Both the position numbers and the translations under genes were made by a program. From the NCBI GenBank assembly GCA_963674865.2, contig CAXXYE010000009.1, forward strand, positions 672,001 through 736,000: DNA of 64,000 nucleotides. The letters run 5' to 3'. This stretch comes from Candidatus Hydrogenedentota bacterium (GTDB taxonomy: Bacteria > Hydrogenedentota > Hydrogenedentia > Hydrogenedentales > SLHB01). The first letter of the stretch is position 1. Each line of letters starts with the position of its first letter. A model generated the notes under the pieces. That model ran no database searches. It was not told the origin of the DNA and was given only the letters and a program-made list of their open reading frames with translations. Positions 29,337-38,818 of this stretch are shown one piece after another.

Positions 29337-30134
29337 CTACCCGGCAGATTGAGGCTTGGCCAGGAATCCCAGCGCCGTCAAGAATCGATCGGCCTTTTCC
29401 AGCGTCTGCGTGTAAGGTTCGTTGCCGTGCCGGCCGTAGTTGAAGAATCCATGCTCCCGGCCTTCGAAGGGGATTAGCTCGCAGCGGTTGCCAGCGTCGG
29501 TTGCCAAACGCGCGTAGCGTTCGATTGTGCCAAAGGGCACCAGCTTGTCTTCCGTTCCGTGGAAGATGATCGTCGGGGGAAGGCCGGCCTCGACGTGAAG
29601 CATGGGTGAGATCGCTTCTCGCTCTTCCATGGTCAAGGCATCCGTCGCGTGGCCCTTCGGCTTCGCGCGGGTTAGGTCGAGTCCCGGGTTGAAGAGCACC
29701 AACGCGTCGGGTCTTGACGATATGCTTGGATCTTCACCGGGTTCTTCGAAGCCCCCGATGACTCCGCAGCAGGCGGCCACGTGCCCCCCCGCCGATCCGC
29801 CGCTGGCGGCGATGCGGCCGGCGTCAACGCCCAATTCCTGCGCGTGGGTTCGAATCCACCGTACCGCTGACTTCCCGTCGGCCACGCACGCAATAGGCGT
29901 CACCCCGTGCCGATCTCGAACTCGGTACTCCGCCGAGAAGGCGCATATCCCCCGGGCGGCGAAATGCTCGCATTGGGGAAAGAACTGCTCGGGATTGCCT
30001 CCGACCCAGCCGCCGCCGAAGAAGAACACGATGGCCGAGGACGGCCTGCCGCCTTGCTGAGCCTCGGGCCGGAACGCATGGAGCAGCAGATCCACATCGC
30101 CGATGGATTTGTATACGATTTCCGTTTGACTCAT
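29337..30134 (-). CDS. Alpha/beta hydrolase (carbohydrate esterase-like)
   Basis: FFGGGW, GGSAGG nucleophile elbow, HGTED and HGFFN. Confidence 0.9.
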   Translation of the reverse strand: MSQTEIVYKSIGDVDLLLHAFRPEAQQGGRPSSAIVFFFGGGWVGGNPEQFFPQCEHFAARGICAFSAEYRVRDRHGVTPIACVADGKSAVRWIRTHAQELGVDAGRIAASGGSAGGHVAACCGVIGGFEEPGEDPSISSRPDALVLFNPGLDLTRAKPKGHATDALTMEEREAISPMLHVEAGLPPTIIFHGTEDKLVPFGTIERYARLATDAGNRCELIPFEGREHGFFNYGRHGNEPYTQTLEKADRFLTALGFLAKPQSAG

Positions 30135-30488
30135 CAGCCCACTCCTCTATGGCGCCCCTCGATTGCTTTGTCAATACGTCCTCTTCACGCTTGGCTCCCG
30201 CCCGGGCTCAAGACTAGAAGCACGTTCCTTTCCCGTCATTGTAGTTCCGTTTGCCGATACCATCAATGCCGCCTCTGCTGTCTGAAACGTGAGCCGCCGC
30301 GAGTGGCCACGATTTTCGCGCCAATTCTTCACCTCTTCTCACACAGCGTCGTCAGCGACTAGTTGCTTGTACTTTGAGGCGGTACCACTGCCCCTTCCGA
30401 CGCCTGTTAAGCGCGTGTCACAAAACACCTCGCTTACACTACTATGTGGTAGACAAGCGAGTGATATTGAAGACGGAGGAACCGACGA

Positions 30489-33400
30489 ATGTTTGGTGGA
30501 GCTAGGTCAAAGGATACACGGCTGGTGCTCCAGGCGTTGTCCGGACGACGTGATGCTTTTGGGATACTTGTGCAGCGCCATTTGCCAACAGTCTATGCTG
30601 TCGCCTACGCGCACACCGGAAACCATGCCGACGCGGAGGATGTTGCCCAGGATGCGTTCCTCAGGGCGCTACAAGCACTCAATACGCTCCGCCAGCCCCG
30701 GCATTTCTGTGCATGGGTCGTCGGAATTGCGCGGAATGCGGCTGCGGACCTCCGAAGACGACGTGCGCGGGAGTCTGAAGTCTTGCTGGATCCGAAGGCG
30801 CAGCCGTCATCGACCCCCGACACCGACGCGGAAATCTGGGGCCGGGAACTGCGCGATCTGGTGCGCAACGAGATTCAACGGCTCGACGAACAGGAGCGGG
30901 AAATCCTGCTCCTACACTATTTCGCGGGCAGGCGGACGAAAGAAATCGCCGCGCTGCTCGGCCTCTCCCCGGCCGCAACACGCAAGCGACTGCAGCGGGC
31001 ACGTGAGGCCCTCGGCAAGCGCGTCCTCGAACAGCTTGGGCCGGATGAAGACTTCAGAACCGAGCTCGACAGGCGAGCGTCGCGTATCACGAGCGCGGCC
31101 TTCGCAGCTCCTATCCCTTGGAACGTGGGGGCCGTGGCTGCACAAAGCACTTCCGTTTCAGCGGCATTAGGTTGGGCCGGTACGATCGGCGCCGTGAAGA
31201 GCTTTGGCGCCTTCTGCCTGGTGGTCGTGGCAGGAACGGTGAGTATCTGGCTCCTAACGCGCCACGAAGAACGCCCCCTTTCCTCAGCCGACACTCACGG
31301 CATTGCGGTGACGCCAACCGAGCCGCAAAGGGACTCACCTGCGGCGGATGTCAAAGCCCCGTCGAGGCCCGATACGGGCATGTCTTCGGTGGCGCCCGCC
31401 AGCAAATCCCCCGCGGATACACCTGGAGGAACGGCGGAGGATCGGGATGGGGGCACCGTCCGAGGTCGGGTCGAAACAGCTAACGGCCGCGCGGCCGCTG
31501 GGGCGGTAGTCACGCTGCATCGTTCATTCCGCGACGGACAGTGGATCACCCGCTGGACGGGCGAGAAGAGATCTGCCAAGGCCGATGAATCAGGCGAGTT
31601 TGCGTTCGCCGACGTGTCCTATGCTGAGCTCCCCCCTCTTTCTGCCGAATATGAGGTATTGGCCTGTACGAAGGACGGACTTGCGAAGAAACACGTCTCG
31701 CTGGATAAAGAAACGCATGAGAAGGATATCGTTCTGCGACTGGAGCCTGCGGAGAGGTTCTCGGGAAAGGTGGTGGACAGATCCGGAGCCCCGGTGATCG
31801 GGGCGGAGGTATATCCCGCCGAGCGCCAGGGCCGGGGAAGCATCATCTACCATCTGGCGCCCGCGATGGCCGTCGCGACTGGCCAGGAGGGGGTGTTCCT
31901 GTTTCCTGCATTATGGCTGGGCCAGTGGCAATTTCACGTCCGCGCCGACGGTTATGCCACGCAAACGACGAGTTTCTTCCCACTGGATGGCCCCGAGCCG
32001 CGGATCGTGCTGGCTCCTGAGGCAGAAGCCGTGGGCCGCGTGCTCGAGGCGGATTCTAGAGCGCCGGTCGAAGGGATCGAGGTGAAACTCAGGTCGCCAC
32101 GGCAATGCGATAACGCCGAAACGACCACCAACCAGCAGGGCGAGTTTCGCTTCGGCAGTCTCGGGAATGGCGCATACGCCTTGCATCTGCAAGATGATTT
32201 CTGGGCGCCCATTGGTGGGCTTCGGGAGTTCACGTTGCGGAACGGCAGGTCGATCGGGGGCCTCGACTTGCGGGTGTGCAAGGGCGCCGTCGTATCAGGC
32301 CGCGTCTATGATGCCGATACAGGGGAGGGCGTGGCGGGGATACGAGTGATGCTGTTCAGCACGGAGGCGGCATGCTATCGGCAAGGATGGACAGACGCTG
32401 ACGGCTACTACCGGGTCGCGGGTCTGGCCGAGGGCGCTTACCAGGTAAGGCGTGATCGGTTCGTCAAGGGATATCCGTTCCCCGAAGAGAAGTGGGAGCC
32501 GGAACTGTCCGTCATATTCGGCCAGGAGGTCACAGGCTACGACATCTTGATGTCGAAGGGGCTGTCGATCTCGGGCAAGATCGTCGACGGCCAAGGAGTC
32601 CCGCTGGGTGGCGTGCAACTGCGCACGTTCGTGACGCAGGAGCGACATCAGTACGAGCATTCCGAGCCCGACGGCTCGTTTACGTTGACGGGGTACCGTC
32701 CGGGCGACGAGGTCGTGATCCACGCCGAACACGGTGGCTATGCGACCCTTGCCCACGGGCCCATCGACATGGCCGAGGATAACGTCGAGAACGTTGTGAT
32801 CACGATGGAGCCAGCCGCGGCTGTCGAGGGAATTGTCGTGGATGGGCAGGGTCGTCCAATACCTTATGTCCGCCTCTTCCCGCTCCCGCAATTCGAGACG
32901 ATGGCGCTCCCATCGATGACGACGACGGGATATGACGGCTCGTTCGTCTGTGACAAGCTCCCGTCAGGCCGCTATGAGATCCATGTTGAGGCCAAAGACA
33001 AGAGCGAGCCAATGCCCACGGGACTAGTGATTGAACTCGCAGGCGGCCAGCGGATAAGCGGCCTGCGAGTCGTCTACAGCAAGGAGGACGGCCACGCGGA
33101 AGGTGGGTGGAGCATATCGGGGCGCGTTACGGACATCAACGGCCACCCGCTGCCCGCCGCATCCATCGCTGCGCGCGGTGGCGGCTCGGGGCTCGCGATA
33201 CGAGTCGAGACTGACGAAGATGGGTACTATGTGCTTAGCGGCCTTGACTACGTCACCTACCGAGTTACCGCGACTTCTGACGGAGAACGGGCCAGCGCGG
33301 AAGTGTCTGCGGGAAGCGAAGGCGTTGACTTCGTCATTGACACCACGGGCCTCAGGGACGGTGAGATCGATGGCCGCGTGTTGCGGGCGGATACGCACGG

Positions 33401-34727
33401 GCCCGTTGCCGATTTTGAGGTCAAATGCATCTCGTGGGATGACGAGAAAGACGGGGCTTTCGTGAGGGTTCACAATGACGAAGGCCGCTTCCGGCTACGA
33501 CAGGTAGGCGCCGGAGAGAGAGCAGTGTTTGTCAAAGCGCCAGGTTTTGTCGCCTGGCAATGGATGATAACCGTGAAGCCTTTGGAGGAAGGCCCGACTG
33601 AGATTCTCGTTGAACTGGAGCCCGCAGCCACGATCTCAGGAACCGTGGTTGACGTTCGCGGGGCCCCTGTCACAGGTGCATCTGTGTTCTTGGCAGCCGT
33701 TCCTACGAGCGGGAAACGGGCCAGCCCCGCAGCCAGGAGCAATGCGGAGGGCGCGTTCCGACTGGAACAGGTCAATCCGCGCGGCCAGTTGATTTCGATC
33801 ACGCACGAAGACCACGCGCCGTACACAGGCTTTGTGGCGCCGCCGCGCCGGGAATCCCAAATCTGCTTCACACTGGCCAAGGGTGGTACGGTCGAGGGTG
33901 TTGTGCGTTACGCGGGCCGGCCCGCAGGCAACAGCTTTTTATGGGTCCACGCGCCGAATCTCGGTATCGGCGGAATGTTCAGCGGCCAAGCCGATGCTAA
34001 AGGCATGTACAAGATCGACGGGGTCCCGGAAGGGCCCGTCCGAGTTGGGGCGCGGTTGGCAAACGATCACGCGGGCCTCGACACGAATACCTTCCATCAG
34101 AGCCGCGACGCTCTCGTCGCCGACGCGCGCGTGACGCGCGTGGACTTCGAGTTTGAGCCGCCTACCGCCTCGCTCGAAGGAACGGTGACGGCGGATGGAC
34201 GCCCGGCCGACGCACGCGTGCGTTTGTACGTCGACACGCTGGGAGGCGAGCTACAGATGGCTACCACGGCGGACCTCGCCGGGAACTACCGCTTCGACGC
34301 GGTGCCCGCCGGAAGAAGCACGCTCAACGTTTCGAAGGAAGGCCGTGCAACAGTTGTCCCGGTATTAATCGCTGAGGGCGAGGCCGTTCACCAGGATATC
34401 GACCTCAAGGGCGCCTGCGCCCTATCCGTGCGCGTGACAGGGGTGCGTGCCGAGGAATGCGTGCGGGTGGAGGTATATGCTGGGGACGTCGGCCCTGTTG
34501 CGGATCGTGCTGCGACTGAGTCGTTGTACAGGTTCCATTGCGGCGGCGCGTGGCGCGAGGAAGACGGATTCTATCGAGTGAGCGGCCTCTGCCCTGGCGT
34601 TTACACAGTCGCCGTTCTGGCCACCCCCACGTCCGATGCAAACGTCTGGGTGAACGGCAGGAGCGCCTTGGCGCTCGTCGAAGTAACGCACGCCCCTGAG
34701 ACCGTGGTAAGACTGGTCTTGAAATGA
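30489..34727 (+). CDS. ECF sigma-70 factor fused through a TM helix to multiple carboxypeptidase-regulatory-like beta-sandwich repeats
   Basis: Sigma region 2 DAEDVAQDAFLRA and region 4 EIAALLGLSPAATRKRLQRARE; TM FCLVVVAGTVSIWLL; repeated (I/V)SG(R/K)V.D..G.P...A...TD..G.(F/Y) units. Confidence 0.9.
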   Translation: MFGGARSKDTRLVLQALSGRRDAFGILVQRHLPTVYAVAYAHTGNHADAEDVAQDAFLRALQALNTLRQPRHFCAWVVGIARNAAADLRRRRARESEVLLDPKAQPSSTPDTDAEIWGRELRDLVRNEIQRLDEQEREILLLHYFAGRRTKEIAALLGLSPAATRKRLQRAREALGKRVLEQLGPDEDFRTELDRRASRITSAAFAAPIPWNVGAVAAQSTSVSAALGWAGTIGAVKSFGAFCLVVVAGTVSIWLLTRHEERPLSSADTHGIAVTPTEPQRDSPAADVKAPSRPDTGMSSVAPASKSPADTPGGTAEDRDGGTVRGRVETANGRAAAGAVVTLHRSFRDGQWITRWTGEKRSAKADESGEFAFADVSYAELPPLSAEYEVLACTKDGLAKKHVSLDKETHEKDIVLRLEPAERFSGKVVDRSGAPVIGAEVYPAERQGRGSIIYHLAPAMAVATGQEGVFLFPALWLGQWQFHVRADGYATQTTSFFPLDGPEPRIVLAPEAEAVGRVLEADSRAPVEGIEVKLRSPRQCDNAETTTNQQGEFRFGSLGNGAYALHLQDDFWAPIGGLREFTLRNGRSIGGLDLRVCKGAVVSGRVYDADTGEGVAGIRVMLFSTEAACYRQGWTDADGYYRVAGLAEGAYQVRRDRFVKGYPFPEEKWEPELSVIFGQEVTGYDILMSKGLSISGKIVDGQGVPLGGVQLRTFVTQERHQYEHSEPDGSFTLTGYRPGDEVVIHAEHGGYATLAHGPIDMAEDNVENVVITMEPAAAVEGIVVDGQGRPIPYVRLFPLPQFETMALPSMTTTGYDGSFVCDKLPSGRYEIHVEAKDKSEPMPTGLVIELAGGQRISGLRVVYSKEDGHAEGGWSISGRVTDINGHPLPAASIAARGGGSGLAIRVETDEDGYYVLSGLDYVTYRVTATSDGERASAEVSAGSEGVDFVIDTTGLRDGEIDGRVLRADTHGPVADFEVKCISWDDEKDGAFVRVHNDEGRFRLRQVGAGERAVFVKAPGFVAWQWMITVKPLEEGPTEILVELEPAATISGTVVDVRGAPVTGASVFLAAVPTSGKRASPAARSNAEGAFRLEQVNPRGQLISITHEDHAPYTGFVAPPRRESQICFTLAKGGTVEGVVRYAGRPAGNSFLWVHAPNLGIGGMFSGQADAKGMYKIDGVPEGPVRVGARLANDHAGLDTNTFHQSRDALVADARVTRVDFEFEPPTASLEGTVTADGRPADARVRLYVDTLGGELQMATTADLAGNYRFDAVPAGRSTLNVSKEGRATVVPVLIAEGEAVHQDIDLKGACALSVRVTGVRAEECVRVEVYAGDVGPVADRAATESLYRFHCGGAWREEDGFYRVSGLCPGVYTVAVLATPTSDANVWVNGRSALALVEVTHAPETVVRLVLK

Positions 34728-34961
34728 TGCCGGCGGGCCTGTCCGAAGCCGGCCATGGTTGCACCAGGGCCGCCGCAGTGCGACGATGAAGCTCGCCGTT
34801 TAGCCCGAATGCTGTAGCCAAAGCCTCCTGCTATGAAGCGTGGCTCAGGCGTACGTGCCGCACTTGGCCGTAAGCCACCGTGCGCTCCTTGAGCCTTGGA
34901 GGTCCCACGGTAATCGTGCTCGTAACGGGCCGGCGGGGGAATAGTTGAGACAAGACACGCC

Positions 34962-35738
34962 CTAGCCAAGGCCTGTAACAGTCAACCATGTTTTCGCCAT
35001 CAAGGCGTGGCCAGCGGTTGTGGGATGGACGCCGTCGCCCGCCCAATATGCCGAGGGCGTCGCGTCGGTAACGGCCTCATCGAACATCGTTTGGAACGGC
35101 ACCCACGTAGCGGCCGCGTTTTCAGCAACACGTCTGGCTGCTGCGCGCCGCTCGTCGAATTCGGGGAACCAGTTATCGTTGACGGCCCCGCAGCGCAGCA
35201 CGAAAGGTTCGCAAACCACAAGCAATGTCTGTGGAAGAGCCGCGCGCGTGTCGGCAAGTAGACTCGCGAATTGCCGCTCGTAGTCCGCCACGGTTCCCGA
35301 ATACCTGCCCGCCAGCTTGTGCCATAGGTCATTCACACCAATAAGAATGCTCAAAACCGCCGGTTTCAAGTCGATCGCGTCTGTCTGCCACCGGGCTTCC
35401 AGATCGGGAACCTTGTGGCCGCTGATGCCGCGGTTGTAACACTGAAGGCGTAGGCTTGCATGAGCACCCAAGAGGCCCATCGCGATCATGTTCGCATAGC
35501 CCCGGCCCAAGGCGTTGAAATCGTTGGGCGCGGCGACATCCCTGGCTCGGCCGGCGTCAGTGATCGAGTCCCCCTGGAAGAGAACTACGTCGTCCTGGAC
35601 AAGGCGATGCCGAGTCGATGCGCTGGTTGTGGCGGTTTGTGTCACACACCCTGAGATAACAGAGGCGCCCGCGACGGCCACGGCACCCTCTATAAGGCCG
35701 CGACGCGTGCAGGTTCGAGTACGCTTGGTACAACTCAT
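34962..35738 (-). CDS. SGNH/GDSL hydrolase with Tat-like signal
   Basis: FQGDSITD, NRGISG, IGVND, DGVHP; likely ATG at 35738 after AAGGAG; TRRGLI. Confidence 0.9.
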   Translation of the reverse strand: MSCTKRTRTCTRRGLIEGAVAVAGASVISGCVTQTATTSASTRHRLVQDDVVLFQGDSITDAGRARDVAAPNDFNALGRGYANMIAMGLLGAHASLRLQCYNRGISGHKVPDLEARWQTDAIDLKPAVLSILIGVNDLWHKLAGRYSGTVADYERQFASLLADTRAALPQTLLVVCEPFVLRCGAVNDNWFPEFDERRAAARRVAENAAATWVPFQTMFDEAVTDATPSAYWAGDGVHPTTAGHALMAKTWLTVTGLG

Positions 35739-35821
35739 CCTGAATTCTCCTTTGAAATAGATACCTCTAGCATTTCTTAGGCTCGCGACCTCGTGGTCGT
35801 GAGGATTCTCCTGCGGCGCTA

Positions 35822-36730
35822 CTAGCGCTTTTCGAGCAGGCCGAGGCCGCGCATCCAATCGATACAGAGTCTAGGCCAAGTACTTGTGGATTGTCCGGGC
35901 CGGCCTGCGCCAAAGCCGTGGCCGCCTGCGTGGTAGATGTGCATGGCTACGGGAACGCCATGAGCGCGCAAGGCCTCGTAATAGAGCAGGCTGCTCTTGA
36001 CGGGCACGGCGACGTCGTCGGTGGCGTGTACGAGAAAGGCGGGCGGCGTATCCTCGTCGACACATCGATCATTCGAGAAGCGCTCGTGCAGTTCTTCGGT
36101 TATCCCGGGGCCAAAGAGATTCCCAAATGAGCCGGGGTGCCCGCTTTCAGGCCGGCCGGTGATCACGGGATAGGCCAGAATTGTGAAGTCGGGCCGACAA
36201 CTTATGTCTTTCAAATCGTCTTTGCCGGAAGCAAAGTCTTCTTTATAGTGCGTGCTGGCGGTAGAGGCCAAGTGTCCGCCGGCAGAGAATCCCAGGACAC
36301 CGATCCTGTGGGGGCTGATGTCCCATTCGGCTGCATGACTGCGGACAATGCGCATGGCGCGTTGGGCATCTTGGAAAGATGTCTGGTAGTGGTGGTTCGG
36401 CATACGGTATTTCACCACAATGGCCGTGATTCCTTCGGCGGTGAGCCATTTCACCTGATTGCGGCCTTCATTGTACGTACTGACGAACGAGTAGCCGCCA
36501 CCGGGGAAAACCACCACGGCGGTGTCAGTAGCCTTCTCCTTGGGCGGAAAATGAACGCTCATGGTGGGGTCGGAGATATTGCCCACCCTCCCATCGTCGA
36601 AGGTCTCAGGCCCCGTCAGTCCGTTGTTGTCCGGTGGCCCGTCCGGCCACAGTCTCAACGTCAACGGCTCGTCAGCTCCGCACACGCCGGTTGCCAGTAA
36701 AATGTTCAACAAGCAAGCTCCAAGTCTCAT
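35822..36730 (-). CDS. Secreted alpha/beta hydrolase (xylan esterase-like)
   Basis: PGGGY, GFSAGGHLA, RPDF, HATDD and GGHGFG. Confidence 0.9.
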   Translation of the reverse strand: MRLGACLLNILLATGVCGADEPLTLRLWPDGPPDNNGLTGPETFDDGRVGNISDPTMSVHFPPKEKATDTAVVVFPGGGYSFVSTYNEGRNQVKWLTAEGITAIVVKYRMPNHHYQTSFQDAQRAMRIVRSHAAEWDISPHRIGVLGFSAGGHLASTASTHYKEDFASGKDDLKDISCRPDFTILAYPVITGRPESGHPGSFGNLFGPGITEELHERFSNDRCVDEDTPPAFLVHATDDVAVPVKSSLLYYEALRAHGVPVAMHIYHAGGHGFGAGRPGQSTSTWPRLCIDWMRGLGLLEKR

Positions 36731-37471
36731 GATAATTCCATCAATGTGCTGTTCCGATAGTTTCCTTAGCTCCAATTGTCCTCATGAAGATGTGGGGATT
36801 CAACTGAGCGATTCCGGCCATGGCGGCACGAACAGGAGACGCATCGGCAAATGATAGTGGCGCATGAAGCATGATCAAGTCCGGCTGAGGACGACGGTTG
36901 AGGATTTGCCCTTGGCGCCGGGCGAGAAAGGGTGTGGACTTCGTGACTGCGAATCGACCTCATACTGGTGTCGGCATAATGGCCTTCCCCTGCCTTTGTT
37001 CGTCGATATTCGATGTCGCTTCACGGGTGGCGAGGCAAGCAAGGGGCGCGTTCTTGGATCTGGGCGGCTGTTCATATCGCATGAGTCTGCGAAGAAGACG
37101 GGGGGGGGGGCTACTCGGCGCACTATGCACCGAGCACCACGCCAAGCACTTGTATGGCCTTGACTCCACGCGAGAGGCTCCCGTAGAGTCTGCGAAGCTG
37201 GATAGAGGCTTGCAGGCCGGACTCAATGGGGCGACAATGTTGCGAATCGACACTCGATCTCCATGCAGTACCTGGTGTAAGTGCTCACGCGACCGTCCAT
37301 CACAACAGCGATCCCTAGATGTATCCAAGCACGACGAGCTTGTCCAGACAGGCTCTGTGAGGTCTTCGCCGGGGGCGTAGGCGGGACTGCCGGCGTCCAT
37401 AGGCAACACCTTGATAAACCGGCGACTGTACGGACGATGGTTGTATGCTGTTTGAATCAAAGGGAGTAAAC

Positions 37472-38818
37472 GTGAGCCAGCGGATCTTTCTCAGCTACGA
37501 ATCACAAGACAAGGAAGCAGCGACACGACTATGTGATGCATTGGAGGCTAGGGGGCATGCGTGCTGGATTGCTCCAAGAAACGTGTCGGCGGGCTCGAAC
37601 TACGGGGAGGCGATCCTCGATGCTATAGAAGACTCCGCCGGTATGATTGTTGTCTTGTCCCGAGGCAGCAATGCGTCGCCGCACGTGGCCAATGAGGTGG
37701 AGAGAGCCTTTCACCACAACAAGCCAATCTATCCTGTCCGCATTGAGTCTGTGGAGCCGTCGAGAGCTCTCGAGTATTTCCTCAGTCGTAAGCAATGGAC
37801 TGACGCTTTCGGTGGCCATTGGGACGCGGGCATGGCGGCGCTGGATATTGCGCTCCAGGCGGGCAAACCAGGGGAAGAATTCGCCGAACGCCGCAATATG
37901 GTGGGCCGGGACGCGGAGGCACAGCACCTGGAACGGCTGGCCCGGAGGTTGGTTGAGTCCCAGCGCGGCTGTGTCGTCGTTATCCGGGGCGCCGCAGGCA
38001 TCGGGAAAAGCAGGCTGTTGGAATGGTACGCCAATGAACTTGCACCGAAGGTCGGCCTACAGGTGCTTTGGGGGCGCCACACGTATCTGGATGCGGCTTG
38101 GGAGGGCATTCGCAACGTGCTGGAAGATCTGTTCGATGGGGCCGACCTATCGCGGGAGGCTCTCGTCGAGCGCGTTACGGCCTCACTGGAGAATAGCGAA
38201 GACGCACGGGAAGAGGCCGCTATACTCACCGAAGTCATTCGCCCAAAGGCCGATAGCGACGGCGGCATCGCTGGCGAACAACGTGTACTGGAGGTCGTCG
38301 AGCGGACGCTGACTCAGGCATCCCGCCGCAGGCCGCTGGCCGTACTGCTCGAAGACATCCACTTGGCCGATTCGCAGTCCTTGAAACTTCTGGAGCACCT
38401 AGCCGCTTCTTTGGAACGCCGGCCGAGGCCGCTCGTGGTGCTCGCCACAATTCGCAATGAAGAAGCCGATGATCATCCTGCCCTTATGCTGACGCTTCGC
38501 GCACTGCACCGGTATGGCGGCAAGAGCTATGAGTCCATCAACTTGGATGCGCTGGATGTGAACTGCTCTCGGGACCTCATCGAGCAGGTGCTTCCGGGTG
38601 GGCTTGTGCCGCCGGACGAACTTATCCGATACGCCGGGGGACGGCCTCTATTCCTGCTTGAGATGCTCAAGCATCTGCGGCGCAAGGGGCTCGTGTCGGA
38701 ATCAGGCGGTGCATGGGCACTCAATCCAGGCGTGGAATTGTCGCAGGAAGTCCCAGAGGACTTGCCGGGATGGTCGAAGAGCGAATTGAAAGCTTGTTGC
38801 TTGAACACCCCGAGGTAG
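37472..38818 (+). CDS. TIR domain plus STAND (AAA_16-like) ATPase, N-terminal part of a frameshifted gene
   Basis: GTG at 37472 after AGGGAG; IFLSY, CWIAPRN, SPHVANEVERA (TIR catalytic Glu position); Walker A GAAGIGKS, Walker B LLEDIH, GGRPLFLLE. Confidence 0.9.
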   Translation: MSQRIFLSYESQDKEAATRLCDALEARGHACWIAPRNVSAGSNYGEAILDAIEDSAGMIVVLSRGSNASPHVANEVERAFHHNKPIYPVRIESVEPSRALEYFLSRKQWTDAFGGHWDAGMAALDIALQAGKPGEEFAERRNMVGRDAEAQHLERLARRLVESQRGCVVVIRGAAGIGKSRLLEWYANELAPKVGLQVLWGRHTYLDAAWEGIRNVLEDLFDGADLSREALVERVTASLENSEDAREEAAILTEVIRPKADSDGGIAGEQRVLEVVERTLTQASRRRPLAVLLEDIHLADSQSLKLLEHLAASLERRPRPLVVLATIRNEEADDHPALMLTLRALHRYGGKSYESINLDALDVNCSRDLIEQVLPGGLVPPDELIRYAGGRPLFLLEMLKHLRRKGLVSESGGAWALNPGVELSQEVPEDLPGWSKSELKACCLNTPR

